Position numbers and translations under genes: made by a program. Below are positions 44,341 through 52,422 of a stretch of 64,000 bases of DNA, piece by piece (the stretch's first letter is position 1; the number at the start of each line of letters is the position of its first letter). The notes beneath the pieces were generated by a model. The model made no database searches and was not told where the DNA came from. It saw only the letters and a program-made list of their open reading frames with translations. The DNA comes from an archaeon. GTDB lineage: Archaea; Iainarchaeota; Iainarchaeia; Iainarchaeales; JAAZKV01. The stretch spans positions 6,942-70,941 of the forward strand of contig JBBSVX010000013.1 in assembly GCA_038046585.1 (NCBI GenBank), in the 5' to 3' direction.

Positions 44341-45983
44341 CTAACCCTCTCCTAAGAAACTGGCAAATCACTTTTGTCGTGGCTCTTGTAATAATTTCAA
44401 TTTTGCTTGTGGCAACTATGGGAATAAAGCTTGGCCTTGACTTTCAGGGCGGGACTCTTTACCAGGTTGAACTGCAGAAACAAGTTTCAAACGAAGAGAT
44501 AGCTAGAATATCAAATATCATTTCACAAAGAATTGATCCTTCGGGATTAATGGATGCTTCTGTGACACCAGTAGGAGGACAATTTATCGTCGTCCAATTA
44601 TCAGAGACCGATCCTGTGATGCTTGAAAAAATAGAATCTAGGATGAGACAGCAAGGAAAATTCGAAGCAACTCTCAACGGAGAGATAGTATTCACCGGAG
44701 ATGAGATAAAGAAAGTTCTTAGAGGGGACAATTATTACGGCGTGGCAAAAATAGCTAGCACTTACGAGTGGAGATTGCCTTTTGTACTTAACGACGTTGC
44801 AGCAAAGAGATTCGCGGAAAAGACTTTCCACCAGTGCACAGCAACATCATTCGCAGCAAACGGAACCCCTACATACGACTGCGAAAAGACAGTGTTTTTC
44901 TTGGACAAGCCTAACGCACTAATTGTTCTTACTCAAGATGAATATGACCTAGACTCTGACCTCCTCGCTACAGGAAACCGAAACGCAAACATCCCCGCAG
45001 GAACTGAGATTGAGTCGCTCATACAAGACGCTAACACAATAATAGCAATAGTTGACGCAAATAATTCAATTGATTTGAATTTGATCAGCGCAGCACTCGC
45101 AAGAACAGATATTGCGATAGTTTCACCTAAAGTTTTGGAATCAGTCAAGAACGACCTTAACGCCGCAGGATTTGAAGTAAGAAATGGCGCAAGCGTTAAT
45201 GGAGAACCTTGGATTTGGAGTAACTTAAACGCAAGACAAATCATCAGCCTTACAGAAAATATTACTAACGAAGACAAATCAGATCCTGCTCAGGCTGAAA
45301 TATTCAGCCAGTTAAGCATCAGCGGCGGAAGAGAGACACTGGATGTCGCTAAAGCAGATCTTGAAGAATTGACAATCCTCCTAGAATCGGGCTCGCTTCC
45401 CACTCCAGTAAAAAGCATTTCAAAGGAAACAATATCTCCTTCGCTAGGAGAATCATTCCTCAACAACATCATACTAATGGGGGTACTAGCACTCATAGCG
45501 GTTGCACTTGTAATTGTAATCAGGTATAGGGCTCCAAAACTCGTTATCCCAATAGTATTCACAGGAATGAGCGAGATAATTATACTAATGGGATTCATGT
45601 CTTTCATCCAAAGACCTTTAGATCTCGCAGCATTCGCGGGAATAATTGCAGCGATAGGAACAGGAGTAGATTCAGAAATTGTAATAACTGATGAGATACT
45701 TGGAAAATCAAAGCACGCAACTGAATCGCTCGTACAAAGAGCAAAAGCAGCGCTCTTCATCATCATGACTTCTGCTTTCACGGTTCTTGGAGTAATGGGG
45801 CCAATAATTCTCTTCTCAAGAAGTCTACCGGGCCTTGACAGATTATTCGGTTTTGCAGTAGTAACAATATTTGGAGCACTTGTAGGAGTATTCATTACTA
45901 GACCTGCTTTTACAAAGATAGTTGAAAAGATTGTTGGCTCGCATGAGAGAAAGCAGGCAAAAAAAGAAGAAACTAACAACTAA
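44337..45983 (+). CDS. secD: Protein-export membrane protein SecD
   Basis: GLDFQGGT motif after the first TM, a large periplasmic domain, and a C-terminal TM bundle (MGVLALIAVALVIVIRY...). The antisense ORF 45290..45979 was rejected. Confidence 0.65.
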   Translation: MTNPLLRNWQITFVVALVIISILLVATMGIKLGLDFQGGTLYQVELQKQVSNEEIARISNIISQRIDPSGLMDASVTPVGGQFIVVQLSETDPVMLEKIESRMRQQGKFEATLNGEIVFTGDEIKKVLRGDNYYGVAKIASTYEWRLPFVLNDVAAKRFAEKTFHQCTATSFAANGTPTYDCEKTVFFLDKPNALIVLTQDEYDLDSDLLATGNRNANIPAGTEIESLIQDANTIIAIVDANNSIDLNLISAALARTDIAIVSPKVLESVKNDLNAAGFEVRNGASVNGEPWIWSNLNARQIISLTENITNEDKSDPAQAEIFSQLSISGGRETLDVAKADLEELTILLESGSLPTPVKSISKETISPSLGESFLNNIILMGVLALIAVALVIVIRYRAPKLVIPIVFTGMSEIIILMGFMSFIQRPLDLAAFAGIIAAIGTGVDSEIVITDEILGKSKHATESLVQRAKAALFIIMTSAFTVLGVMGPIILFSRSLPGLDRLFGFAVVTIFGALVGVFITRPAFTKIVEKIVGSHERKQAKKEETNN

Positions 45984-46008
45984 CCTTGTCTTGTTCTAAT
46001 GTTGCTCC

Positions 46009-46542
46009 TCAGAGTAGTTCTGAGAAATCTTTTACTTTCCCCATCTTCTTTGTTCCATAATACCATATCAGAAGTATTATCGCGCTCATCAAGAACCAGG
46101 TAAGTGTGTGAACCATATTGGCATCAAACCCGGCTTTTGCGGCAACTAGTACAAGCATTACTCGGGGGATGTTTGCAAGCAATAGTATTAGCGTTCCTGC
46201 AATGAACAACATTACTTTTTTTACAAGTTCTGGCTTCTTGAGCGAGAATATTACTGCCGCCAAGATTGATGCACTGGCTAGACCTGTGCATGAATTTGAG
46301 ATTGTATAAGTGTGCCCATTTATTTGAACAATGCTGCCAGATACTGCCATTCCTAATGCATCGCCGGCAATCTTTGCTATGGCTTGAGTAAGAAATGAAA
46401 GATCAGCCAATTCAATAAGGATTGTGAGTGCGAAATATATCCCGAAGAACTTTGCTAAGAACCACAAGAGCTTTTCCTTTTTGTTTTGTGTACTTTGAGG
46501 GCTTGAAATTGCGCGTTTAGTTTGCTTTTTTGCCTTTTTCAT
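46009..46542 (-). CDS. Short exosortase/archaeosortase-family membrane protein (putative)
   Basis: 177 aa, 4-5 TM, with the family's candidate active-site motifs: Cys in SCTGLAS and Asn/Arg in ANIPRV about 42 residues apart (compare CSG...ANxxRV in exosortases/ArtA). Confidence 0.45.
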   Translation of the reverse strand: MKKAKKQTKRAISSPQSTQNKKEKLLWFLAKFFGIYFALTILIELADLSFLTQAIAKIAGDALGMAVSGSIVQINGHTYTISNSCTGLASASILAAVIFSLKKPELVKKVMLFIAGTLILLLANIPRVMLVLVAAKAGFDANMVHTLTWFLMSAIILLIWYYGTKKMGKVKDFSELL

Positions 46543-46546
46543 GAGC

Positions 46547-47062
46547 TCACCAAGGCACTTTCTTTAGCTTCATCTTAAATGCAGCAAAATTTGTCGCCAA
46601 GTGTATTACTATGGTGGCTATCAGTAGAAATGCAGCCACTTCGAGTTCGGGGACCCTCACAATCAGGCTAAGGAGTAATCCGCCTAAGACAAAATCGAGT
46701 TGGTCAAAAAGAAGCCAGTGTGCTCCGCTTTCTATTCCCGCTCTTCTTTTTATGAAGCTTTTTAGCATGTCGCCTAAGATTGCTCCTACTGAAAGAGCTA
46801 CTGCGAAAAGAAAATAATTAGGAACGAGAATCTCAATAGTTGGGTAAAAAAATAAAAGAACTATTCCTGCGACTATCCCTCCGCCTATTCCGGAAAATGT
46901 TCCAAGAACTGTTTTTCCGTCCCCGAATATTCTTTTTTTGCCTATTTTTTTGCCAAAATCAATCGGCTTTTTGCCATGTATAACTATAGGAGTGGCGTTT
47001 GCAAAATACATTGGCACAGCGTAGGCGAAAACTAGTGTGACAAAATCAATTATTGTTACCAA
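46547..47062 (-). CDS. carS: CDP-archaeol synthase (DUF46)
   Basis: 171-aa polytopic protein: PMYFANATPIVIHGKKPIDFGKK...FGDGKTVLGTFSGIGGGIVAG matches the CarS signature region. Confidence 0.7.
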   Translation of the reverse strand: MVTIIDFVTLVFAYAVPMYFANATPIVIHGKKPIDFGKKIGKKRIFGDGKTVLGTFSGIGGGIVAGIVLLFFYPTIEILVPNYFLFAVALSVGAILGDMLKSFIKRRAGIESGAHWLLFDQLDFVLGGLLLSLIVRVPELEVAAFLLIATIVIHLATNFAAFKMKLKKVPW

Positions 47063-47091
47063 ACAAATCGCCTAAAAACTTTATTTTAACT

Positions 47092-47784
47092 TTATAAAAA
47101 TAAGCCCGTCAATAATGCGAATATCGCACCTGATGCGCATCCAATGAGATTAACGTGTGTGTTGTTTAAAATCTTTCTTGTTTCAAATATCGCGCCCGCG
47201 AGGGAGTCTATGTTTGTTCCAACCATCCCTGCCCCAATTATTATTAGCGCTGAAAATACATCAGAGTATGCGTAAAAGTGGAGCGCGGCAATTACTATTG
47301 CCCCAAAGAGCGCTGCAATTTCGCCCAAAAGAGTTATCCCCCCATCTGTCCCCCTTGGCACTTTTTTGAAGGTAGTTATCATTATCGGCTTTGATTTTGA
47401 AAAGTATCCTATTTCTGAAGATAAAGTGTCTGATAGTGCCGCAGATATTGCGCCAAAGAATGCGAGCTGCCAAAGCATTGCCTGTTCACTGTATATCGCT
47501 GTCATTGCTATGACAACTAGGGCCGGCAAAGAATTCCCCACAACATTCCAAATTGTTCTTTGCTCATGCTTCTTTGATTTGATGTTGCTTGCAAGTTCTC
47601 CAATCAAAAAGAATGTTACTACTGCCGCGAAGCAAATCAGCGGATTAGGCGTGTATATCACTGCTGCAATCCCGACAGCGTTTGCGATTAATACTCCTTC
47701 AAAGTCGAGGAGTTTTAGTTTGTATGAGATTATTGAGAATAATGCTAGGAAAACTAGCACAACAATCAGTTCTTCTATAATCAT
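47092..47784 (-). CDS. DUF92 (TMEM19-like) integral membrane protein
   Basis: 230 aa, multi-TM, with the DUF92-like SAALSDTLSSEIG block. It is adjacent to carS. Confidence 0.55.
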   Translation of the reverse strand: MIIEELIVVLVFLALFSIISYKLKLLDFEGVLIANAVGIAAVIYTPNPLICFAAVVTFFLIGELASNIKSKKHEQRTIWNVVGNSLPALVVIAMTAIYSEQAMLWQLAFFGAISAALSDTLSSEIGYFSKSKPIMITTFKKVPRGTDGGITLLGEIAALFGAIVIAALHFYAYSDVFSALIIIGAGMVGTNIDSLAGAIFETRKILNNTHVNLIGCASGAIFALLTGLFL

Positions 47785-47832
47785 AAGAAAAACCGCTTAA
47801 AGCCCTTAGCAGGCTTAAGCAGAGGGTTGCTT

Positions 47833-48456
47833 TTACTTGGTTTCAAGGAATGTTGACTTTGAAACTATTACTTTTTTTACTCTGCAAATCTTAGAAGCTT
47901 TCTTGAAAATTTCGTTTGAGAATTCTTGTCCCAATAGTATTTGAACAAGCTCTTCAAAATCCTTGCCTTTAAGTGAAGCGTACTCTTCGTGTATCATCTT
48001 TCTAATAGCCGCTTCTTGGCTTTGAGTAGCCTTTCTGTCTGTAATTGCCATGATTGTTGACTTTGCTTCTCCGCCTATTGAAGGGATTGTGCCAACTATT
48101 GCAACTTTTGAGTTTCTTCTTCTAACTGTTCTTCCCAAAGATCCTCTGTTAACTGCGAATTCTGATATTTTTGTAGACGCTGTCTGTCCCTGAACATCAA
48201 AAACTTTGAATGTTAACATGTAATCTCTTTTCATTCTCTGTCCTGTGAGAACGTCAAGAGTGACTTTCATTGTTCTGTTGATTAAATTCTTTGGCTTTTC
48301 AACCGGAGTTTCGCCTAAAACTTTCTTGTCAAATATTCTTGAAGAAAGTATTGTGTACCATTTCTTCTTCTTCCACTTGTCAACGGTTTTTCTTCCGCCT
48401 GTCCCCTTTGCAACTGGGGCTTTCTGTTCTGCTTTTGTGTCAACCATTGCCGGCAT
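47833..48456 (-). CDS. rps3ae: 30S ribosomal protein S3Ae (eS1)
   Basis: KWKKKKWYTILSSRIFDKKVLGETPV... matches the eS1 N-terminal region; 207 aa. Confidence 0.9.
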   Translation of the reverse strand: MPAMVDTKAEQKAPVAKGTGGRKTVDKWKKKKWYTILSSRIFDKKVLGETPVEKPKNLINRTMKVTLDVLTGQRMKRDYMLTFKVFDVQGQTASTKISEFAVNRGSLGRTVRRRNSKVAIVGTIPSIGGEAKSTIMAITDRKATQSQEAAIRKMIHEEYASLKGKDFEELVQILLGQEFSNEIFKKASKICRVKKVIVSKSTFLETK

Positions 48457-48586
48457 AATATCTCAACTCAAATCATTTCAACAAATCATCAATCTTCTTC
48501 AAACTTTCAATTCCTTGCCCCTCAAACAATTTTTCCTTGTCTTTTGAGAGTTTGGCTTTTATTTTCAACAAGTAACACCTTTTATT

Positions 48587-49006
48587 TTACTTTACTAAAA
48601 GTGCAGCTTGTTCTGGCGTGTACCTCCAACCAGTAGGTATTCTTTTCTTTTCAGCGTAATATTTTGTAAGTCTTCTTATCTTAGAAACTGTAAGTTCGTA
48701 ACCTCTTTTTGCGGAATAGTCTTTCTTGTTCTTTTCCATGTGTCTGAAGAGAACTACGCTTCTTCTGATTAGGTTAAGCAAGTCTTCTGGCATTTCGCCT
48801 ATGAGCTTGTGCTCTTTAAGTATCATTTGAACGCTTTTTCCGCTGGCTTCAACTATTTCTTTTACTCCGTGTTCGTCTCTAAGTATTACTCCTATTGCGC
48901 TTGGAGAGTGACCTGCGTTAGCTAAGGATACAACTATCTCTTCGATTTCAGCGCTTGAAATTGCAGCCTTATCTGTCTTTTTTGTTTTCTTAGCCATTTC
49001 TATCAC
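48587..49006 (-). CDS. rps15: 30S ribosomal protein S15 (uS15/S13e)
   Basis: 139 aa; ...LLNLIRRSVVLFRHMEKNKKDYSAKRGYELTVSKIRRLTKYY... matches archaeal uS15. Confidence 0.9.
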   Translation of the reverse strand: MIEMAKKTKKTDKAAISSAEIEEIVVSLANAGHSPSAIGVILRDEHGVKEIVEASGKSVQMILKEHKLIGEMPEDLLNLIRRSVVLFRHMEKNKKDYSAKRGYELTVSKIRRLTKYYAEKKRIPTGWRYTPEQAALLVK

Positions 49007-49156
49007 ATTTAACCTTCCTAACCTTTTCTTTGGGCTTAGGAAAGAACAACAAAATTATGATATATTTAGTGAAAATAACATTTATAAAGCTACCATTTTG
49101 TCCGAGAAAAAACGCCTTTTGCCACTCATCCCCTGACACATGAAGAAGAGGTCATT

Positions 49157-49774
49157 TCAGTGGTATCTCGCTCTCTTTTCAATCGCTTCCATTTTGAGAA
49201 TCATTTCCTGGCCAGGAGAATACCCTTTGAGCACCTTGCTCCAGCCGTTCTTCAGCGAGGAGTGGGTGGCGTTGAATGTTTTTTTGAATACTATTAGATC
49301 GGTCGCTTTGTCTTCAACTTTTTTTGAAAAAGATCCAAGACCAAAGTCCACGAATACTAAATTTGATTTTCTTCCTTTTGATGAATCAAGTTTGTCCGAC
49401 ACAATAATGTTTGAGGTTGTCAAGTCGCCATGAATTATTCCCGCATCGTGCAGTTTTTTTATTTCTCTTCCAGCCTCTTCGCAAAGAGCAGGGGTTTTTT
49501 CAATTGCTTCTTTTAGCGCGACCCCTTCAACAAATTCCATTATTATTTCGCATGATTTATCGTCCACTTTCAATATGTGAGGAACATTTACTGCACTAGC
49601 GGCTTCTTTGATGAGTTTTGCTTCGGATCTTGTGCGAAGTTTTCTTATCGAATCGTCAAGCGTTTTTTCGCGATAACCTTTTGAGATTCTTTTTTTTGAA
49701 AGAGCACATATTCCTTCAAAATCTGTTTTTGAGAGCTCGGCTTCTGCGCCTTTTTTGTAAAAGTTTTTTGGCAT
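49157..49774 (-). CDS. bud32: Bud32/PRPK atypical Ser/Thr kinase (KEOPS subunit)
   Basis: 205-aa mini-kinase: glycine-loop region, catalytic HGDLTTSNII, DFG (VDFGLG); sized like archaeal Bud32. Confidence 0.8.
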   Translation of the reverse strand: MPKNFYKKGAEAELSKTDFEGICALSKKRISKGYREKTLDDSIRKLRTRSEAKLIKEAASAVNVPHILKVDDKSCEIIMEFVEGVALKEAIEKTPALCEEAGREIKKLHDAGIIHGDLTTSNIIVSDKLDSSKGRKSNLVFVDFGLGSFSKKVEDKATDLIVFKKTFNATHSSLKNGWSKVLKGYSPGQEMILKMEAIEKRARYH

Positions 49775-49793
49775 AAGTGGAATTTTTGCGATT

Positions 49794-50312
49794 TTATTGT
49801 TCGCCGCATGCGCTCTCTATAGAATCTTTTATTTCAATCGCAGTTATGCGGTATTCTCTCACAGAATCGAGCTGATATAATCTTAATTTTGCAATATCGT
49901 CAGGCCCTAGCGAAGACATTAGAGAAATTGCCTTGTCAGCATAGGAAATTGAGAGCGATACATAATCGCGTGTCGCAAGAACCTCTTTTGATTCGCATCT
50001 CATGCCGTCATAACTAAATGAGCTTGAAGAATCAAGCGCTTTGAAAAGATAATACAGAGTTTGCGCGGATTCAAGTTCAGAGTCTATTACTCTTGAAGCC
50101 ATCATGGAAGATTTTCCCCTCAATCTTGATAGTGCGCTGATATAATCATTCATTACGCTCTGATCGGAAGAGAACTTATCAACCACATCGTATTTTTGCT
50201 TTAACGAAGATAATTCGTTGAATGTGGCTGTATCGCTTTGTGTTCCAAGGCATCCGCCAAGGAAAACTAGTGCAAGTAACGCTGCAAGAAATACTGGCGC
50301 CGCGAGCTTCAT
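49794..50312 (-). CDS. Secreted / lipoprotein-like hypothetical protein
   Basis: Signal peptide MKLAAPVFLAALLALVFLGGCLG. It is the last gene of the operon headed by giant protein B. Confidence 0.5.
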   Translation of the reverse strand: MKLAAPVFLAALLALVFLGGCLGTQSDTATFNELSSLKQKYDVVDKFSSDQSVMNDYISALSRLRGKSSMMASRVIDSELESAQTLYYLFKALDSSSSFSYDGMRCESKEVLATRDYVSLSISYADKAISLMSSLGPDDIAKLRLYQLDSVREYRITAIEIKDSIESACGEQ

Positions 50313-50370
50313 AATGACAATATGAGGCGAAAAGGAGTATTAAATGCTTTTGATTGCCTGCTAAAAACCG

Positions 50371-52320
50371 CTAAATTTGCTTGATTTGTCTCTTCTTAGA
50401 AGCCATAGAAATAAGGGCTATTGAAATCATAGCCACTGCAAGCGCTAAAAATACTGAGTTGTCAGGGATGCTTGCTTGTATTTCTTTTTGTTTTGGGGCA
50501 AGAGTGATTGTTTTACTGCAAATATCACAAGGAGCCGGAATTGTTGCTGTCAAATTATAAATAGTGTTTTCATCAAGACCCAAAGTCGAACTCACTGTAA
50601 AATCTGATTTTATCAAAGGACAGGGAATTTTCGTTTGTGTCATTGGGATGCTTTGTCCATTTGCACCGACAAACAATAAATTCGCATCAAGATTAGATGA
50701 ACATTTTATCGACCCAGATATTTTGTTTCCGTCAAGGGTTCCTTCAAAAATCTCTATTGATTTAGCTCCGCCTGTTGGGTCGATAAGCGTCCCGGTACCT
50801 CCAGGAACAGAGGACACTACGCATAGCCCATTATTGAAGCCATATCCGCTTGCACAGTAGTACTCGCACTTGTCTTTAAGGGTGCAGGAGTAAGATGTCG
50901 AGCCGACAAGCTTTCTATTCGCATTCGCCAAAAGCCCTTGGTTGTCGTTTGTGCAAAGGACTGCGTTTGAGGGCATCTCCCCGGTGCATAAAAATAGCCC
51001 AACCGGTATCTCTGTACACGATGAGCCTGAGATTTCATACCTCTCTTTGCAGTAATACTCGCATTTTGACGCATCAGTGCAGGAGTTTACTACGGTTCTC
51101 GGAGTTGGAGCCGACAAATTTTGATCATCATAATCGCACATGATTGCGTTGGCATCTATGGTTTCTGTGCACGAATATTTAGTCGCAACACAGGCTCCCC
51201 CAACATAGGCATATCCTTCCTTGCAATAGTATTGGCATTTTGCAGCAGCGGTGCATGCGCTTTTTGAGGACACCATGGTTCTGGAAGTATTTGCTGTCAG
51301 GTTAGAATCATCTCCGTCGCAGACAACCGCGGCACCAGTCGCCTCCGCCTCACCCGTACAATAATAACAATTGGCCGCATTTGTTCGCTTGAATTGGCAC
51401 ACCGCACCGAAATCAGAGCCTCCTCCGTCATTCATCCGTGCATTTTCATCGATACATTTTTCCAATACAAATGATGTGAAGGCCATCGACGATACCGAGC
51501 AATTTATTCTTCCAAGCTTCCCCCCGTCTGAGTAAAGATAAGGATAAGTCGCGGCTGGAAATGCGCTCACGAGTTGATTGCAAGTGTCGTTTATCTGCAG
51601 ACCTAAAGGGTATGTTGAAATCGAGCAGGGAAGGCGATTTGGAGCATAATTTCCTTTTACAGTTAATATGTGCTGGAGACGTTCAGAAGTGGAAGAAACA
51701 TTTGCGGTAAAATTTGTCATTCCTACTGTTGTGTATCCTGCGAATGAATATCCTTTGCACGCCGTGTCTTTGGCAGTCATATCCTTGCCTGTACTATAGT
51801 CGAGACAATATCTAATGTTGTTGACATCAAAATACTCGTTGTCCGCACAGGAATAGCAATCTCTATTTGCGAGATCCCCTGCGGTACATTCAGAAGACTG
51901 AGGGGCAAAGCATACACAAACTCCGTTTTCGTCCACGCTTCCGTCGCAGTCATTGTCCGCCCCATCGCATATCTCAGTCAGAGGGGTGCAGCAAGATTCA
52001 GTTTGTGTGCTGGTGCTGTCCGAGATCCATGCATTACAATGACCTGTAGGACTACAACCGCTTCCGGAAACGTCACCACAATTTCCATAATAATTAGTGC
52101 ATGTCTGGCTATGAAGGCCGTTTGTGCATGCGCTCCAGGCGCCGCAACTTGGCTGAGGGACTGTATTGCTATTAGGGCTTGAAGTGCAGCCACTTTCTAC
52201 CGGACCACATGAATAGGATGTACCGGCGCTTATCCCTCCTGTGCCGCAAGATACTGAAAAAGAAAAAGAGACGATAAAAATTACAAGAAGGACTATTGAA
52301 AGCAACGCTCTTGGAAACAT
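50371..52320 (-). CDS. Cys-rich secreted surface protein with MopE-like CDGxDNDCDG motif, tandem about 60-aa 'KCEYYC' modules and C-terminal TM anchor
   Basis: Signal peptide; ICDGADNDCDGSVDENGVC. Three repeats carry ...C..DDxNL.A.T.RT.V.S...C...KC(Q/E)YYC..GY...G.C (DNA about 50815-51366). It ends ...IPDNSVFLALAVAMISIALISMASKKRQIKQI. Confidence 0.7.
   Translation of the reverse strand: MFPRALLSIVLLVIFIVSFSFSVSCGTGGISAGTSYSCGPVESGCTSSPNSNTVPQPSCGAWSACTNGLHSQTCTNYYGNCGDVSGSGCSPTGHCNAWISDSTSTQTESCCTPLTEICDGADNDCDGSVDENGVCVCFAPQSSECTAGDLANRDCYSCADNEYFDVNNIRYCLDYSTGKDMTAKDTACKGYSFAGYTTVGMTNFTANVSSTSERLQHILTVKGNYAPNRLPCSISTYPLGLQINDTCNQLVSAFPAATYPYLYSDGGKLGRINCSVSSMAFTSFVLEKCIDENARMNDGGGSDFGAVCQFKRTNAANCYYCTGEAEATGAAVVCDGDDSNLTANTSRTMVSSKSACTAAAKCQYYCKEGYAYVGGACVATKYSCTETIDANAIMCDYDDQNLSAPTPRTVVNSCTDASKCEYYCKERYEISGSSCTEIPVGLFLCTGEMPSNAVLCTNDNQGLLANANRKLVGSTSYSCTLKDKCEYYCASGYGFNNGLCVVSSVPGGTGTLIDPTGGAKSIEIFEGTLDGNKISGSIKCSSNLDANLLFVGANGQSIPMTQTKIPCPLIKSDFTVSSTLGLDENTIYNLTATIPAPCDICSKTITLAPKQKEIQASIPDNSVFLALAVAMISIALISMASKKRQIKQI
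50815..51366 (-). repeat. Three tandem about 60-codon Cys-rich modules inside the 50371..52320 gene
   Basis: Protein-level repeats ending AAKCQYYCKEGYAYVGGACVA / ASKCEYYCKERYEISGSSCTE / KDKCEYYCASGYGFNNGLCVV. Confidence 0.6.
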
Positions 52321-52422
52321 GCACTATTAAGCAGTTTTATCCTTAATAAATGTTTGAGTCAATGCTTTTCAAATATCTTGCCAAAGAATAGATTCCTAAA
52401 TGTTTAATAAGTTTATATAAAT

